A DNA stretch of 64,000 nt from Lachnospiraceae bacterium (GTDB lineage Bacteria; Bacillota; Clostridia; Lachnospirales; Lachnospiraceae): NCBI GenBank assembly GCA_900770225.1, contig CAAGJU010000018.1:4822-68821 (forward strand), read 5' to 3'. The notes under the pieces are model-generated. The model was not told the DNA's origin. It searched no databases and saw nothing but the letters and a program-made list of their open reading frames with translations. Made by a program: the position numbers and the translations under genes. Below are positions 30,971-41,661 of the stretch, piece by piece (position 1 is the stretch's first letter; each line of letters opens with the position of its first letter).

Positions 30971-32119
30971 ATGAAAGCAGTTGTGGCTATTGATTCTTTT
31001 AAGGGAAGCCTTTCTTCTCTCGAAGCCGGTAATGCAGCCAGAAACGGAATCCTGAAGGCTGACCCGGAAGCACAGGTGATCGTAAGGCCGCTCGCAGACG
31101 GCGGCGAAGGAACTGTCGAAGCCCTGACGATTGGTATGGGCGGAACCATCGTGACCGTTCCGGTGACCGGACCTGTCGGCAAAAAAGTTGAAGCGAAGTA
31201 CGGGATTCTTGCTGACGGCACAACAGCCGTGATGGAAATGTCTCAGGCTGCCGGCATCACGCTGGTCAGTGAGGGTGAAAAAAATCCGCTGACGGCTACA
31301 ACCCGCGGTGTAGGAGAGATGATCCTGGATGCGATCGCCAGGGGCTGCCGGCATTTCATCATGGGAATCGGTGGATCCGCTACAAACGACGGCGGCATCG
31401 GCATGCTGCAGGCATTGGGCTTTGGCCTCTTTGACAAAGATGGGAAGCAGGTTGCACCCAGGGCACAGGGACTTGAAAACATTGCGGAAATCAACAGTGC
31501 GAATGTGGCGCCTGAGCTAGCTACGTGCAGTTTCCGCATTGCCTGCGATGTCACAAATCCTCTTTGCGGGGAACAGGGCTGCAGCGCAGTTTTCGGTCCG
31601 CAGAAGGGAGCTGATCCGGCTATGGTCCGGCAGATGGATGGCTGGCTGGCAAATTACGCGGACATCGCCAGGAAAAATTTCCCGAAGGCTGATCCCGAAT
31701 ATCCGGGAACCGGTGCGGCCGGCGGACTCGGCTTTGCTTTTCTTACCTTTACCAATGCTGTACTGGAATCCGGGATTAAGATCGTTCTTGATGAGACAAG
31801 GCTTGAAGATTACATCAGAGAGGCTGACATCGTTGTCACCGGAGAGGGCAGACTCGACGGGCAGACTGTTATGGGCAAAGCACCGGTCGGCGTTGCCGAA
31901 ATTGCGAAGCGGCACAACAAAAAGGTTGTCGCGTTCGCCGGAAGCGTGGCAAAAGACGCCGGAGCCTGCAATGCACACGGCATCGATGCATTTTTCCCCA
32001 TTCTGCGTGGAATCTGCACATTGCAGGAAGCTATGGATAAGGACACCGCGGCACAGAACCTGTCGAACACCGCGGAGCAGGTCTTCCGTCTGGCAAAAGC
32101 AATGAAGGAAGGAGAATGA
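30971..32119 (+). CDS. glxK: Glycerate kinase
   Basis: AIDSFKGSL, ADGGEGT, GIGGSATNDGG, TGEGRLD. Confidence 0.93.
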   Translation: MKAVVAIDSFKGSLSSLEAGNAARNGILKADPEAQVIVRPLADGGEGTVEALTIGMGGTIVTVPVTGPVGKKVEAKYGILADGTTAVMEMSQAAGITLVSEGEKNPLTATTRGVGEMILDAIARGCRHFIMGIGGSATNDGGIGMLQALGFGLFDKDGKQVAPRAQGLENIAEINSANVAPELATCSFRIACDVTNPLCGEQGCSAVFGPQKGADPAMVRQMDGWLANYADIARKNFPKADPEYPGTGAAGGLGFAFLTFTNAVLESGIKIVLDETRLEDYIREADIVVTGEGRLDGQTVMGKAPVGVAEIAKRHNKKVVAFAGSVAKDAGACNAHGIDAFFPILRGICTLQEAMDKDTAAQNLSNTAEQVFRLAKAMKEGE

Positions 32120-32191
32120 TTCCTTATGAAGCCATGATCGGACTCACGAGTACGGTGGCAGCGACGGTGATCTATCTGATGGGGTTCTGAT

Positions 32192-32310
32192 TCTTCATCA
32201 CAGAATCTTCCAGGAGTTCTGACGACTTCATCCCAGAATCTTCCTGGGGTTCTGACGACTTCATTCCATAATCTTTCTGGCGTTTTGACGACTTTATCCC
32301 AGAATCTTCT
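32192..32310. repeat. 33-bp tandem repeat about x4 overlapping the metallophosphoesterase stop
   Basis: ACTTCATCCCAGAATCTTCCTGGGGTTCTGACG variants. Confidence 0.85.
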
Positions 32311-33040
32311 GCGGGGTCCAGCGCAGGTAATCTCCGGATACAAGGCGATAACGGATCCCGTTTTTGGTTCCGATGATACTGTCATGGAAACGCGCTTCTC
32401 CATGGCAGTGCGCGTAGATCACCTGCTCGGCGCCGTATTCTTCGGCAATGCGGGTAAAACAGCTGTCCTGTTCCAGCACGCTGGTCGGCGGATAGTGAAG
32501 GAACATGATAAACTTCCGGTATCCTGCGGCCCTGGCCTGCTCGAAGGAATCGCGCAGCCGTTTCATCTCGCGCTGCGCGAGCTTCTGTGCCTGCGCTTCG
32601 GCGCCTGTATCCCATCCCAGAATATTTCCCCTGCGGTCCACGTAAAACGGCCCTTCAAAGGTAATGCCCTTGGTTCCCACCAGTGCATAGTCTTCATAAG
32701 TGAAAAAATTGTCCTGAAGAAAATGAAGCCGTCCGGCATAGAGCTCGTTGAGCTGCCGGGTCTTATTGGCCGGCCAGAACATGTCATGATTTCCCCGGGT
32801 AAGGATCTTGCGCCCGGGCAGATTTTCTATGTACTGCAGATCTTTCTCGCAGAAAGCGAGTTTCTTTCCCCAGCTGTGATCGCCGACAAGGACCAGCGTG
32901 TCATCAGGGGTTATCATATCCCGGCAGTTACGCTGAAAAATCCGCTCATGATTTTTCCAGAGCGCCGATTTTTTCTGCATCACGGACGGGACTTCCGTCT
33001 GAAAGGAGAGGTGCAGATCTCCGATCGCATATAAAGCCAT
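32294..33040 (-). CDS. Metallophosphoesterase (calcineurin-like)
   Basis: GDLH, GD, RGNHD, LHYPP, AHCH. Confidence 0.9.
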   Translation of the reverse strand: MALYAIGDLHLSFQTEVPSVMQKKSALWKNHERIFQRNCRDMITPDDTLVLVGDHSWGKKLAFCEKDLQYIENLPGRKILTRGNHDMFWPANKTRQLNELYAGRLHFLQDNFFTYEDYALVGTKGITFEGPFYVDRRGNILGWDTGAEAQAQKLAQREMKRLRDSFEQARAAGYRKFIMFLHYPPTSVLEQDSCFTRIAEEYGAEQVIYAHCHGEARFHDSIIGTKNGIRYRLVSGDYLRWTPQKILG

Positions 33041-33170
33041 ATCATTTATCACCCCGAAAACATATTAGACCATAATAGACGAAAATTGTTAAAAACCTCG
33101 ATTTACAGAAAATTGACGGAAATAGTATACTGATCTTAGTGTTTGTTTCTCCATGGAAACCCGTGAAAAA

Positions 33171-33249
33171 GTTCATGAGAAACGGACGTGGAGTTCATGG
33201 GAAACGGAAGTGAGTTCATGAGAAACGGACGTGGAGTTCATGAGAAACG
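33171..33249. repeat. 21-22-bp tandem repeat about x4
   Basis: GTTCATGAGAAACGGACGTGGA units. Confidence 0.85.
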
Positions 33250-33318
33250 AACATGGGGATGAATGCACAGCTTGATGCTGCAGATTTCAATGTGAGAGAT
33301 TCTCAGGGGGATTGGTGT

Positions 33319-35633
33319 ATGGCAGGAAGAAAATGGATGGCGAAAGTTGTATCTGTTTTTCTGGCAGCAGGTATGATGCTGTCGAACATGACGATTGTGA
33401 AAGCGGACCATGGTTCAGATGCGGTGGAAGAAGCTAAATCGTATACCTATGAAGTGCATCCGATCATTTCATGGTCGAATGAATATCTCTATGTAAAGAC
33501 AGATAATATGAATGTATCCAATCTGCGATTTGTGGATACAGATTCGAAATATTTATCTGGTGCTGACGGTGAGGAAGCAGCATATGATTTGGTGGATAAA
33601 AAGTTGAAGATGTAAAATATGAAAATCCGGCAATTTATCGCGTACATGGCGGGTATATTTTCAGTGGGGCTTATTCAGATGGCGGTACACTGAAGCTTCA
33701 GGTAAGTGAATCGGGTGACCCATATTATGATGATTATAAAGATACCGGAATTACGGTAACGGTACCTGCCCTGATGGATAATGCTGATTATCTGCTGCAG
33801 CAGTATACGACATCAGATATGGACTTCTTTGCAAAAATGGATGCCGTACAGAAAGGACTGGATGAGATCAGCCGTTATCCGCTGGGTGTGCGTGATGAAA
33901 ACGACAGGAATGGTGAAAGACCATACCCTTTTCTGGCTACATCTCCATATCCGGAACTGAGTCTGAATGAACATTGTACGGAAATCTTCAACATGAAATA
34001 CCTGTTTTCAAGCTGGCTGTATCCATTTATGCTTGATTCTCTTGGTTTTCCATATCTGATGAGCACTGTTGCCAAACGAATTGATAACAGTGCACAAGTC
34101 AGCTGGGGAGCCTATCATTATCTGATAGTTGTAACATACAATGGCAAATCAGCTGATTATGGCGGCGCAGGTGCCGGCACTGATGGGGAGTGTTTTTTTA
34201 CAAAGCATATTGACCAGTATTACACATTTGATGATTCTGCCAGTGATTATGCCGCACAGGCGTCTGTTAACAGTCTCTATGATCAGCTGATAAAGTATTA
34301 TAACTATGCGCTGTCAGATCTTCATCCTTATATGGATCAGATCTCCGGTACCGGGACATTCAGTCAGTCGATTGGAAATGGTACCTGGGTCAGAGTAGTA
34401 CAGGAAGGAGGCAGTTACATACCGGCCTATGCATATATCTCGAAATCGTCCCATGAAGGATCGGCGCCGCGGGTTGCCTCAGACTGCTGGGTAGACGGCA
34501 GGTATATCAGTCAATATGAGCACTGGGAATACGGCGCAAAATTCTCAGATCATCCGGATTCAAGCATCATCATCAGGAATATGTCTTATACAGACCCTGA
34601 CGGGACACCGAAGACAGGAGACGTCCTGTTCTGGCATGATTCGGACTCAGATACGTGGAGAGCTTCCGATTATTTTTATATGGGATCCGGGAATTCTGAG
34701 CTGTCTGACGATCTGATCCTGACACGCGATGAAGTGAACCAGATGTCGCTGGATGCAAACACTGACAGCACACCCGGTACCTATAAGATTTTTGACGGTA
34801 CTGCTGTACCAGGTACAGAATATACCGCGTCGTTGCCAGCTTCCATAGATCTGAGTGGCCTTTCTGATATGTATACAGCTGGCAGCAGCACGAAGATTTC
34901 CTGCCATGTCTATCCTGAGGATGCAGATCAGCAGATTTACTTTACGATATCTGACAACTCGATCGCGGATATGGAAACAGTAATCGCTGATAATGAGCTC
35001 ACAGATTATTTAACTGCAAAGAAGCCTGGAATTATAACTATTACTGCCGTATCGCGCGCGAATCCGGATCTGAAGGTTTCAAAGACTGTCCATATAACAT
35101 TTTCTGATGTTGAGAATAGTTCCAGATATTATTTTGATCCGGTGTACTGGGCAGTCGGAGAGGACGTAACAACCGGTACCGGAGAATGGCTGTTCTCACC
35201 TGATAAGTCATGTACCCGTGGTCAGATCGTGACATTGCTCTGGAGAGCGCTCGGGTCTCCGGAGCCGGTGACAACATCCGCCCGGTTTACGGATACCGCA
35301 TCTGACCAGTATTATTACAAGGCGGTTCTCTGGGCGGTGGAAAATGGAATTACCGACGGAACAGGTACGACAACGTTCTCGCCAGATCAGACCTGCAATC
35401 GTGCACAGGCACTGACATTTATCTGGAGAACGCTTAACAGCCCGAAAGCTGCGGCAGGCAGTTCTTTCTCAGATGTACCGGCATCTGCATACTATAAGGA
35501 TGCGGTTGACTGGGGCGTTGAAAACAGCATTACAAACGGCGTAGATAATAATCGATTCGCACCGAATCAGTACTGCACGAGAGGGCAGATCATCACGTTT
35601 ATTTACAATGCAAGATCGCTTCTCATGAAGTGA
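33319..35633 (+). pseudogene. Secreted SLH/Ig-like surface protein with a single-base frameshift near 33600
   Basis: Signal-peptide ORF ends 33615; shifted frame is open from 33606 (EDVKYENP...) into the 33774 ORF with three SLH repeats. Confidence 0.75.
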
Positions 35634-35748
35634 CAGAACAGCAAATGGAAGATCCGGATGATACCGGCAGATGCAGATTTGACTGGTGCAGTTGCGCGAA
35701 AACCATGGTGGCTATGCAGGCTAATGATTTTGCATATCACAAAAATGA

Positions 35749-35801
35749 AATGTGAAAAATTGCATATTCATATTGACATAAAAGTGCAATTTTTGCATTA
35801 T
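35749..35801 (+). promoter_or_regulatory. Promoter/operator of HTH-MNT/HEPN operon
   Basis: TTGACA-17bp-CATTAT overlapped by TGCA-N5-TGCA palindrome. Confidence 0.6.
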
Positions 35802-35821
35802 TAGCATAAGGAGGATGTGCA

Positions 35822-36295
35822 ATGACGGATTTAAAAGAAATGCGATTATCCAAGGGGCTGACGCAAAAGGAAGCTGCAGCGAGTATCGGTATTTCATTAA
35901 GATCTTATATTTCTTATGAGAATGATGAGACAAAAGTCGGAAGTCCCAGGTATAGATTTATTCTGAGCGAAATAACCAAATTAAACCCCATAGATGAGGA
36001 ACATGGAATATTATCTATTGATGATATTAAAAAAACTTGCAATGGTATTTTTCCGGATTATGATGTAGAATATTGTTATCTGTTTGGATCTTATGCAAAA
36101 AACAAAGCATCAGAGTCGAGCGACGTCGATCTATTAATTAATACGCATACTTCAGGAATAAAATACTATGAACTTGTTGAGCGTATGAGAGAAGGTCTGC
36201 ATAAAAAGGTCGATATGCTGGATTCTAAGCAGCTTCTGAATAATCCTGCATTGCTTAATGAAGTGCTCAAAGAAGGAATCAAGATTTATGGATAA
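35822..36295 (+). CDS. XRE-HTH fused minimal nucleotidyltransferase (MntA-like antitoxin)
   Basis: N-terminal HTH; YLFGSYAK...SDVDL. Confidence 0.88.
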   Translation: MTDLKEMRLSKGLTQKEAAASIGISLRSYISYENDETKVGSPRYRFILSEITKLNPIDEEHGILSIDDIKKTCNGIFPDYDVEYCYLFGSYAKNKASESSDVDLLINTHTSGIKYYELVERMREGLHKKVDMLDSKQLLNNPALLNEVLKEGIKIYG

Positions 36296-36626
36296 TGTGA
36301 AAAACGATAATTACTATGTAGGGAAAATCGTAGACAATCTTGATTTTATCGTGCAGCACATGAGGAATGTAGATAAAGAAGAACTTAATGATAATGAGGT
36401 TCTTCTGGATTCCATGATGTTCAGGCTTATTCAGATATCGGAAAATGCAAAAAAGTTAAGCGATGATTACAAAAAGAATCATGACACAATTCCATGGCTG
36501 GCTATGTATGGCCTGAGAAACAGGATTGTTCATGATTATGGTAATGTTGATCTTGATATTGTGTATTCTACTTTGAAAAAGGACATTCCTGAATTATTGG
36601 AAATTATGAATTCGGAAATGCCCTAA
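36288..36626 (+). CDS. HEPN (DUF86) RNase toxin, HepT-like
   Basis: IPW...GLRNRIVHDY (RX4HXY). Confidence 0.9.
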   Translation: MDNVKNDNYYVGKIVDNLDFIVQHMRNVDKEELNDNEVLLDSMMFRLIQISENAKKLSDDYKKNHDTIPWLAMYGLRNRIVHDYGNVDLDIVYSTLKKDIPELLEIMNSEMP

Positions 36627-37037
36627 GTTGATTCATGTGTAAAACGAGAAATCGGATGAGACGAGTATCCGGTATTTCGCTTACATTCAGACATCGAATG
36701 TGTTAAGGTAGTCCCTGTCAAACTTATATACGCGAAATACAAACGACATTAAATATCGCATGGCTTATGTCTGATGGCCATGCAGTTTAGTGTCGCTTTT
36801 TTTTACGCGAGCAGTGAACCACACCCTCACACATGCGAAGAAATCTCACTTATACTGTCTTCGGGATCATCCTTGCGGTGTTATTATTTTTATAATGATG
36901 AGAAAAGGTGAACTTATGCTGAACATTAAACCGTCTCTGCAGATGATCTTGAGAAGAAGCTTGGGTTGTATAATATGAAATCAGCGGATAATGATCATAG
37001 CAGGTGAAAGACTATCCACGGAAAGGAAGTAATAACC

Positions 37038-38261
37038 TTGATTCAAAACAAAAATTTAATTGACCGGTTCCTTACATACGTTCAGATCGATACACAGTCC
37101 GATGAAGATGCGAAAGAGCAGCCGACGACCGCGAAGCAGAGGAACCTCGCGGAACTTCTGGTCAAAGAACTGGAAGACCTGGGCGCACAGACAGATTACG
37201 ATAAGGAACACTGCTACGTTTACGCATCCATCGCTTCACAGGGAAGCGGCTTTGCATCGATGCCTCCGCTGGGATTTATCTCACATCTGGATACGTCGCC
37301 TGAGGTGAGCGGAAGCGGCGTGAAGCCGAGGATCATCGAAAATTATCAGGGCGGCGACGAAATTCTGAAAGAGGAAGATTTCCCGGAGCTTGCGAAGCAT
37401 CACGGAGAGGACCTCATTGCGTCAGACGGGACGACGCTGCTCGGGGCAGATGACAAGGCAGGTGTCGCTGAGATCATGAACCTCGTGCAGTATTTCCACG
37501 ATCATCCGGAGAAGCCGCACCGCGCCGTGCGCATTGCTTTTACATCGGATGAGGAAACCGGACGCGGCACAGAGCATTTTGATGCGGAGCGCTTCGGGGC
37601 GAAAGAAGCATATACCGTAGACGGCGGAACCTTCGGCGTTATCGAATACGAGTGCTTTAATGCGGCGGAAGCGCGAGTGAAGATCCACGGCAAGAACGTT
37701 CATCCGGGGAGTGCGAAGAACCAGATGAAAAACGCGAGCCTGATCGCGATGGAATTTGCTTCGATGCTGCCGCCGGCCGAGACACCGGAGCACACGGAAG
37801 GATATGAGGGATTCTACCATCTGGACAGGATGGAGGGGAATGTCGAACTGGCCAGTCTGCAGTACATTATCCGGGATCATGACCGGACACGGTTCGAGGC
37901 GCGCAAGGAAACGGTCCGCACGATCGCAAAGTATCTGAATCGGAAGTACGGAGAGGGGACGGTGGACGCGGCAATCCGTGATCAGTACTACAATATGGCC
38001 GAGGTCATGGCGGATCATATGGATCTGGTCGAGCGCGTGCGAAAAGTTCTGTCAGACATGGGAGAAGAGTGCGTCACGAGTCCTATCCGCGGCGGAACGG
38101 ACGGCGCGGTTCTCTGTTTCCGCGGCATCCCGTGTCCGAATCTTTGCACCGGAGGGTACAACTATCACAGCCGCTTTGAATACGCGAGCGTGCAGGAGAT
38201 GGAGAAGACGGCGGAGATGCTGATTCGGCTGGTGCAGATGCGCGAAAATCCGAAACAATAA
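37038..38261 (+). CDS. pepT: Peptidase T
   Basis: SHLDTS, LLGADDKAG, DEETG, IRGGTDG. Confidence 0.95.
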   Translation: MIQNKNLIDRFLTYVQIDTQSDEDAKEQPTTAKQRNLAELLVKELEDLGAQTDYDKEHCYVYASIASQGSGFASMPPLGFISHLDTSPEVSGSGVKPRIIENYQGGDEILKEEDFPELAKHHGEDLIASDGTTLLGADDKAGVAEIMNLVQYFHDHPEKPHRAVRIAFTSDEETGRGTEHFDAERFGAKEAYTVDGGTFGVIEYECFNAAEARVKIHGKNVHPGSAKNQMKNASLIAMEFASMLPPAETPEHTEGYEGFYHLDRMEGNVELASLQYIIRDHDRTRFEARKETVRTIAKYLNRKYGEGTVDAAIRDQYYNMAEVMADHMDLVERVRKVLSDMGEECVTSPIRGGTDGAVLCFRGIPCPNLCTGGYNYHSRFEYASVQEMEKTAEMLIRLVQMRENPKQ

Positions 38262-38332
38262 AAATAATGAGTAATGAGGGTTAAAGATGGTGGCCAGGAA
38301 GTACGGTAATGTTGCACATCACTTCAAAACAT

Positions 38333-38386
38333 AATGTGCAAAATTTGCATATTTGCATCGACATAAAAGTGCAAATATTGCATTAT
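38333..38386 (+). promoter_or_regulatory. Diverged copy of the 35749 TA promoter/operator
   Basis: Shares AATGTG..AA..TTGCATATT...GACATAAAAGTGCAA...TTGCATTAT. Confidence 0.7.
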
Positions 38387-38450
38387 AAACATTTGGAATT
38401 AATGAATTCCAGTATGAAAATTTCATGACTGCAATAATCAGGAGGTATAT

Positions 38451-38816
38451 ATGGTTATCAAGCGCATTAACGCAGAGTTTTCCATCTGCAAAGTAGTCGA
38501 TTATTCGCAAGTCAACTTTGACGCTCCCTTTTACTTTCTGAGCAGAACGGACGAAGAGAATTCGCTTGTTTGTATGACGGAATACAAACCTGGAAATACA
38601 ACTGAATGTGATGATGGATGGAAGGCTTTCAGAATCGAGGGCACGCTGGATTTTTCTCTGATCGGGATACTGTCGAGGATTTCAGGGATACTGGCTGATC
38701 ATAAGATCGGGATCTTCGCGGTATCAACTTACAATACGGATTATATCCTGGTCAGGAAAGAAAATTTCGAGCCTGCGATTGACGCATTGAAAGCGGCCGG
38801 CTATGAAATACAGTGA
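38451..38816 (+). CDS. ACT domain protein (ACT_7 type)
   Basis: TDEENSLVC, LDFSLIGILS, IFAVSTYNTDYILV. Confidence 0.9.
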   Translation: MVIKRINAEFSICKVVDYSQVNFDAPFYFLSRTDEENSLVCMTEYKPGNTTECDDGWKAFRIEGTLDFSLIGILSRISGILADHKIGIFAVSTYNTDYILVRKENFEPAIDALKAAGYEIQ

Positions 38817-38830
38817 ATATACGATGATGA

Positions 38831-38950
38831 CTTATTGACAAATCCCTCAGCGAGGGCGTAGGGGGCGAAGCCACATGAGAGCCCGAGTTGAGGGAGGATC
38901 GCGAGAGCGCGCAGCGATCCTGTTATCATACTTATGACACCCACATCAAT
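38831..38950 (+). repeat. Dispersed structured element family 1, full copy
   Basis: Stems TCCCTCA/TGAGGGA, GGGC/GCCC, GGATCGC/GCGATCC, TGTTAT/ATGACA. Confidence 0.85.
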
Positions 38951-38987
38951 GAATTTAATCGGATACACATACAAAGAGGACGGAAAT

Positions 38988-39369
38988 ATGAGTGATGAAT
39001 ATACTCCTCCGTTTAAGGTGACTGAAGAAATTACCAGCCTGACGATTGAAAAAACTGGCGGAGACGCAGAATAAACGACAGCAGACCGGAACATTCAATG
39101 TCGGTACAAATGTCGGTATAAATGTCGGCATAAATGTCGGTACAAATGTCGGTATAAATGTCGGTGTAAATGTCGGTACAAATGAAGAAAAACTGCTGCT
39201 CCTGCTGAAACAGGATGGCACTCTGACGGCAAGAGTTCTGGCCGGAACGCTGGGTATTACACAGCGACAGGTAGAACGCATGATATCAAAGCTGAAGGGG
39301 GAAGGCATTCTGGTTCGCCATGGAGCAAGCAAGAATGGATACTGGGAAGTGGCAGAAAAGAAGTCGTAA
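38988..39369 (+). pseudogene. Fic family protein remnant (N-terminus joined to C-terminal HTH; Fic core deleted)
   Basis: MSDEYTPPFKVTEEI start, then NVG(T/I) 12-bp repeats and HTH ending R.GASKNGYW. Confidence 0.65.
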
Positions 39370-39453
39370 TTTTTATCAATTTCACTATTCAGACCATTAT
39401 AAAAAGCTAAGCGGATAGCAGATAAATTGTAAGCAAACAGGAGATAAAAATAA

Positions 39454-39956
39454 ATGCAGATCAAAAAAGTGGCGCTGATCGGCGCCGGCGCCATCGGCGG
39501 ATATTTTATCTGGGGACTTTCCAGAATCATGGGCGATGATCTCATGATTGTCGCAGACGGAGAACGCAGGGAACGACTTCAGCGCGAAATATTTCCATGA
39601 ATCTGCCGCAGGCAATCCTGGGTGTGGGCATCGGTGCCTATGAAGACAGCGATTATCTGCTGACCTATTCCAGAAAACTTGAGGATGAGGTCCGGACGGT
39701 GGCAGCGGCTTACGGATATCCGCTGGAACAGCTGAAAAGGCCCCATATGGGTTACCGTAAGGTCAGCCGTTATTCGACACTGCAGGATCTGGATGCCGGG
39801 CACCACACGGAGATCGATATGTTCTGCGGCGTTCTGATGCAGAAAGCCGCGGCGAAGCATATCGCTGTGCCTTATGCGGAGGGAGCTTATTACCTGATCA
39901 AGACACTGGAAGAAAAGAACGACGGCAAGTTTGATTATACAGAGGACGAGACCTGA
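39454..39956 (+). pseudogene. panE: Ketopantoate reductase with internal deletion
   Basis: VALIGAGAIGG start; out-of-frame join to NLPQAIL...STLQDL.AG..TEID. Confidence 0.8.
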
Positions 39957-39984
39957 CTGAGTCAGACTGTGTACAGTAAAACAA

Positions 39985-40024
39985 TTCGCCCCACTCGACC
40001 ATTGTGTGACCGGGTGGGGCGAAC
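39985..40024. terminator. Hairpin between convergent genes
   Basis: TTCGCCCCACTCG...CGGGTGGGGCGAA. Confidence 0.65.
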
Positions 40025-40122
40025 TTCTAATCATCAGATGAAATCTGGAAAGAGCATTTCACCTGGCTGTTCACGTAAATCCTGTATTCCTCCGCAAACC
40101 GGAAGAATACTCACAGACAGGC

Positions 40123-41376
40123 TCAGAAATCAACGTCTGTGTCGTAGTAGCATGCCTTCAGCAGTTTCTCCATGAGCTCGATGTCCTCAGGTTTGTCTGC
40201 GCTGAGCGCACGGGGGTTCGTCAGTGTGCAGGCATCGAGGATCGCATTCTTTGCGATTTCCGGCAGTCTCTCAAGGAATACGTTCTCCGGAACGAAGCCT
40301 TCCTCTGTGGGCAGGCTGTCTTTTCCGTAATGGCTGATGCCGTGCGGAATGTTCAGCTTGTCGTTCATGCCGCGGAGAAGCTCGATCAGTTTGGCAATCT
40401 TGTCTTCCTGCGTCGTTCCACCGAGAGCCAGATAATCGCTGATGAACGCATAGCGCTCAGCGGCTCTTTCATCCTTTGCATTGAAGGCGATAACCTTCGG
40501 CAGATACATGGCATTGGCAGCACCATGGATGATGTGCGCGCCATAGTCAGCAAAAGCAGCACCGGTCTTGTGAGCCATGGAGTGAACGATGCCGAGGGAT
40601 GCACTGGAAAAAGCAATGCCGGCGAGACACTGTGCGTTGTGCATGGTGTCGCGTGCTGTCATAGCGTCTCCGGCAGCTTTGTCCTCATGATAGGAATCAA
40701 CAAGGCTGTCCTTGATCAGCGTCATGGCACGGAGAGCAGGAGCGTCTGTGAAATCGGAAGCTGCTGTGGATACAAAAGCCTCAATGGCATGGGTCATTGC
40801 ATCCATACCGGTGTGAGCAACGAGCTTCTTCGGCATGGTCTCCGCGAGTTCCGGATCAACGATCGCAACGTCGGGTGTGATCTGGAAATCGGCGATCGGA
40901 TATTTGATGCCCTTGTCGTAATCAGTAATGATGGAGAAAGCGGTTACTTCCGTTGCTGTACCTGAAGTGGAGGAAACAGCACAGAATTTCGCTTTGTGGC
41001 GAAGCTCAGGCAGTGCGAATACCTTGCACATGTCCTCAAAGGTGCACTCCGGATGCTCATATTTGATCCACATTGCCTTGGCTGCGTCGATGGGAGAGCC
41101 TCCGCCGATGGCTACGATCCAGTCGGGCTGGAATTCTTCCATCTTCTTCGCACCGTCCATAACGGTGGTAACAGACGGATCGGATTCGATACCCTCGATC
41201 AGTGCCGTCTCCATGCCTGCCTCGTGCAGATACTGCTCAGCTCTTCCAAGAAAGCCAAAGCGCTTCATCGATCCTCCGCCGACGCAGATGATGGCTTTTT
41301 TGCCCTTCAGCGTCTTCAGTGCCTCGAGTGAACCCTTGCCGTGGTACAGGTCGCGTGGATTGGTAAATCTCTGCAT
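40123..41376 (-). CDS. Iron-containing alcohol (butanol) dehydrogenase
   Basis: GGGSMKRFG, GGGSPIDAAK, GMDAMTHAIE, HSMAH. Confidence 0.93.
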   Translation of the reverse strand: MQRFTNPRDLYHGKGSLEALKTLKGKKAIICVGGGSMKRFGFLGRAEQYLHEAGMETALIEGIESDPSVTTVMDGAKKMEEFQPDWIVAIGGGSPIDAAKAMWIKYEHPECTFEDMCKVFALPELRHKAKFCAVSSTSGTATEVTAFSIITDYDKGIKYPIADFQITPDVAIVDPELAETMPKKLVAHTGMDAMTHAIEAFVSTAASDFTDAPALRAMTLIKDSLVDSYHEDKAAGDAMTARDTMHNAQCLAGIAFSSASLGIVHSMAHKTGAAFADYGAHIIHGAANAMYLPKVIAFNAKDERAAERYAFISDYLALGGTTQEDKIAKLIELLRGMNDKLNIPHGISHYGKDSLPTEEGFVPENVFLERLPEIAKNAILDACTLTNPRALSADKPEDIELMEKLLKACYYDTDVDF

Positions 41377-41528
41377 TTGATTATCCCTCCTATAAAAAAA
41401 TATACGGTCTCCTGAAACTTCATTGTCAATGCGACTAAAACAAAGCTTCATTTACCGTATATTTTGTCATAATACACATGGTATTGCAACATGGTCAGGC
41501 AAAATTCATTGTTATTTCACAAATAAAG

Positions 41529-41590
41529 AAGATGCAGATGCCTCCAATCCGCAACAATGCAATGGTTGTGGGTGGAGGCATCTGCATCTT
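41529..41590. repeat. Palindromic element family 2, short form (may also act as terminator)
   Basis: AAGATGCAGATGCCTCCA...TGGAGGCATCTGCATCTT; arms match 46917-47048. Confidence 0.75.
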
Positions 41591-41661
41591 ACATTCTGAA
41601 TAAATGTAATCTGGCTGGTGATGCGTGAGTAACTGCAGAGATGACAGGTATGCTTCAGGCT

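Noticed and set aside
39097..39183. 12-bp AATGTCGGTA(C/T)A repeats as iterons or operator
   Set aside because: They are in frame and encode the NVG(T/I) linker commonly seen before the C-terminal HTH of Fic-like proteins.
3000..40000. Prophage, ICE or classical integron
   Set aside because: No integrase, relaxase, T4SS, phage structural genes or convincing attC core sites in the window.
41500..41525. Rex operator upstream of the alcohol dehydrogenase
   Set aside because: Only one good half-site (TTCACAA); spacing does not fit the 18-bp palindrome.
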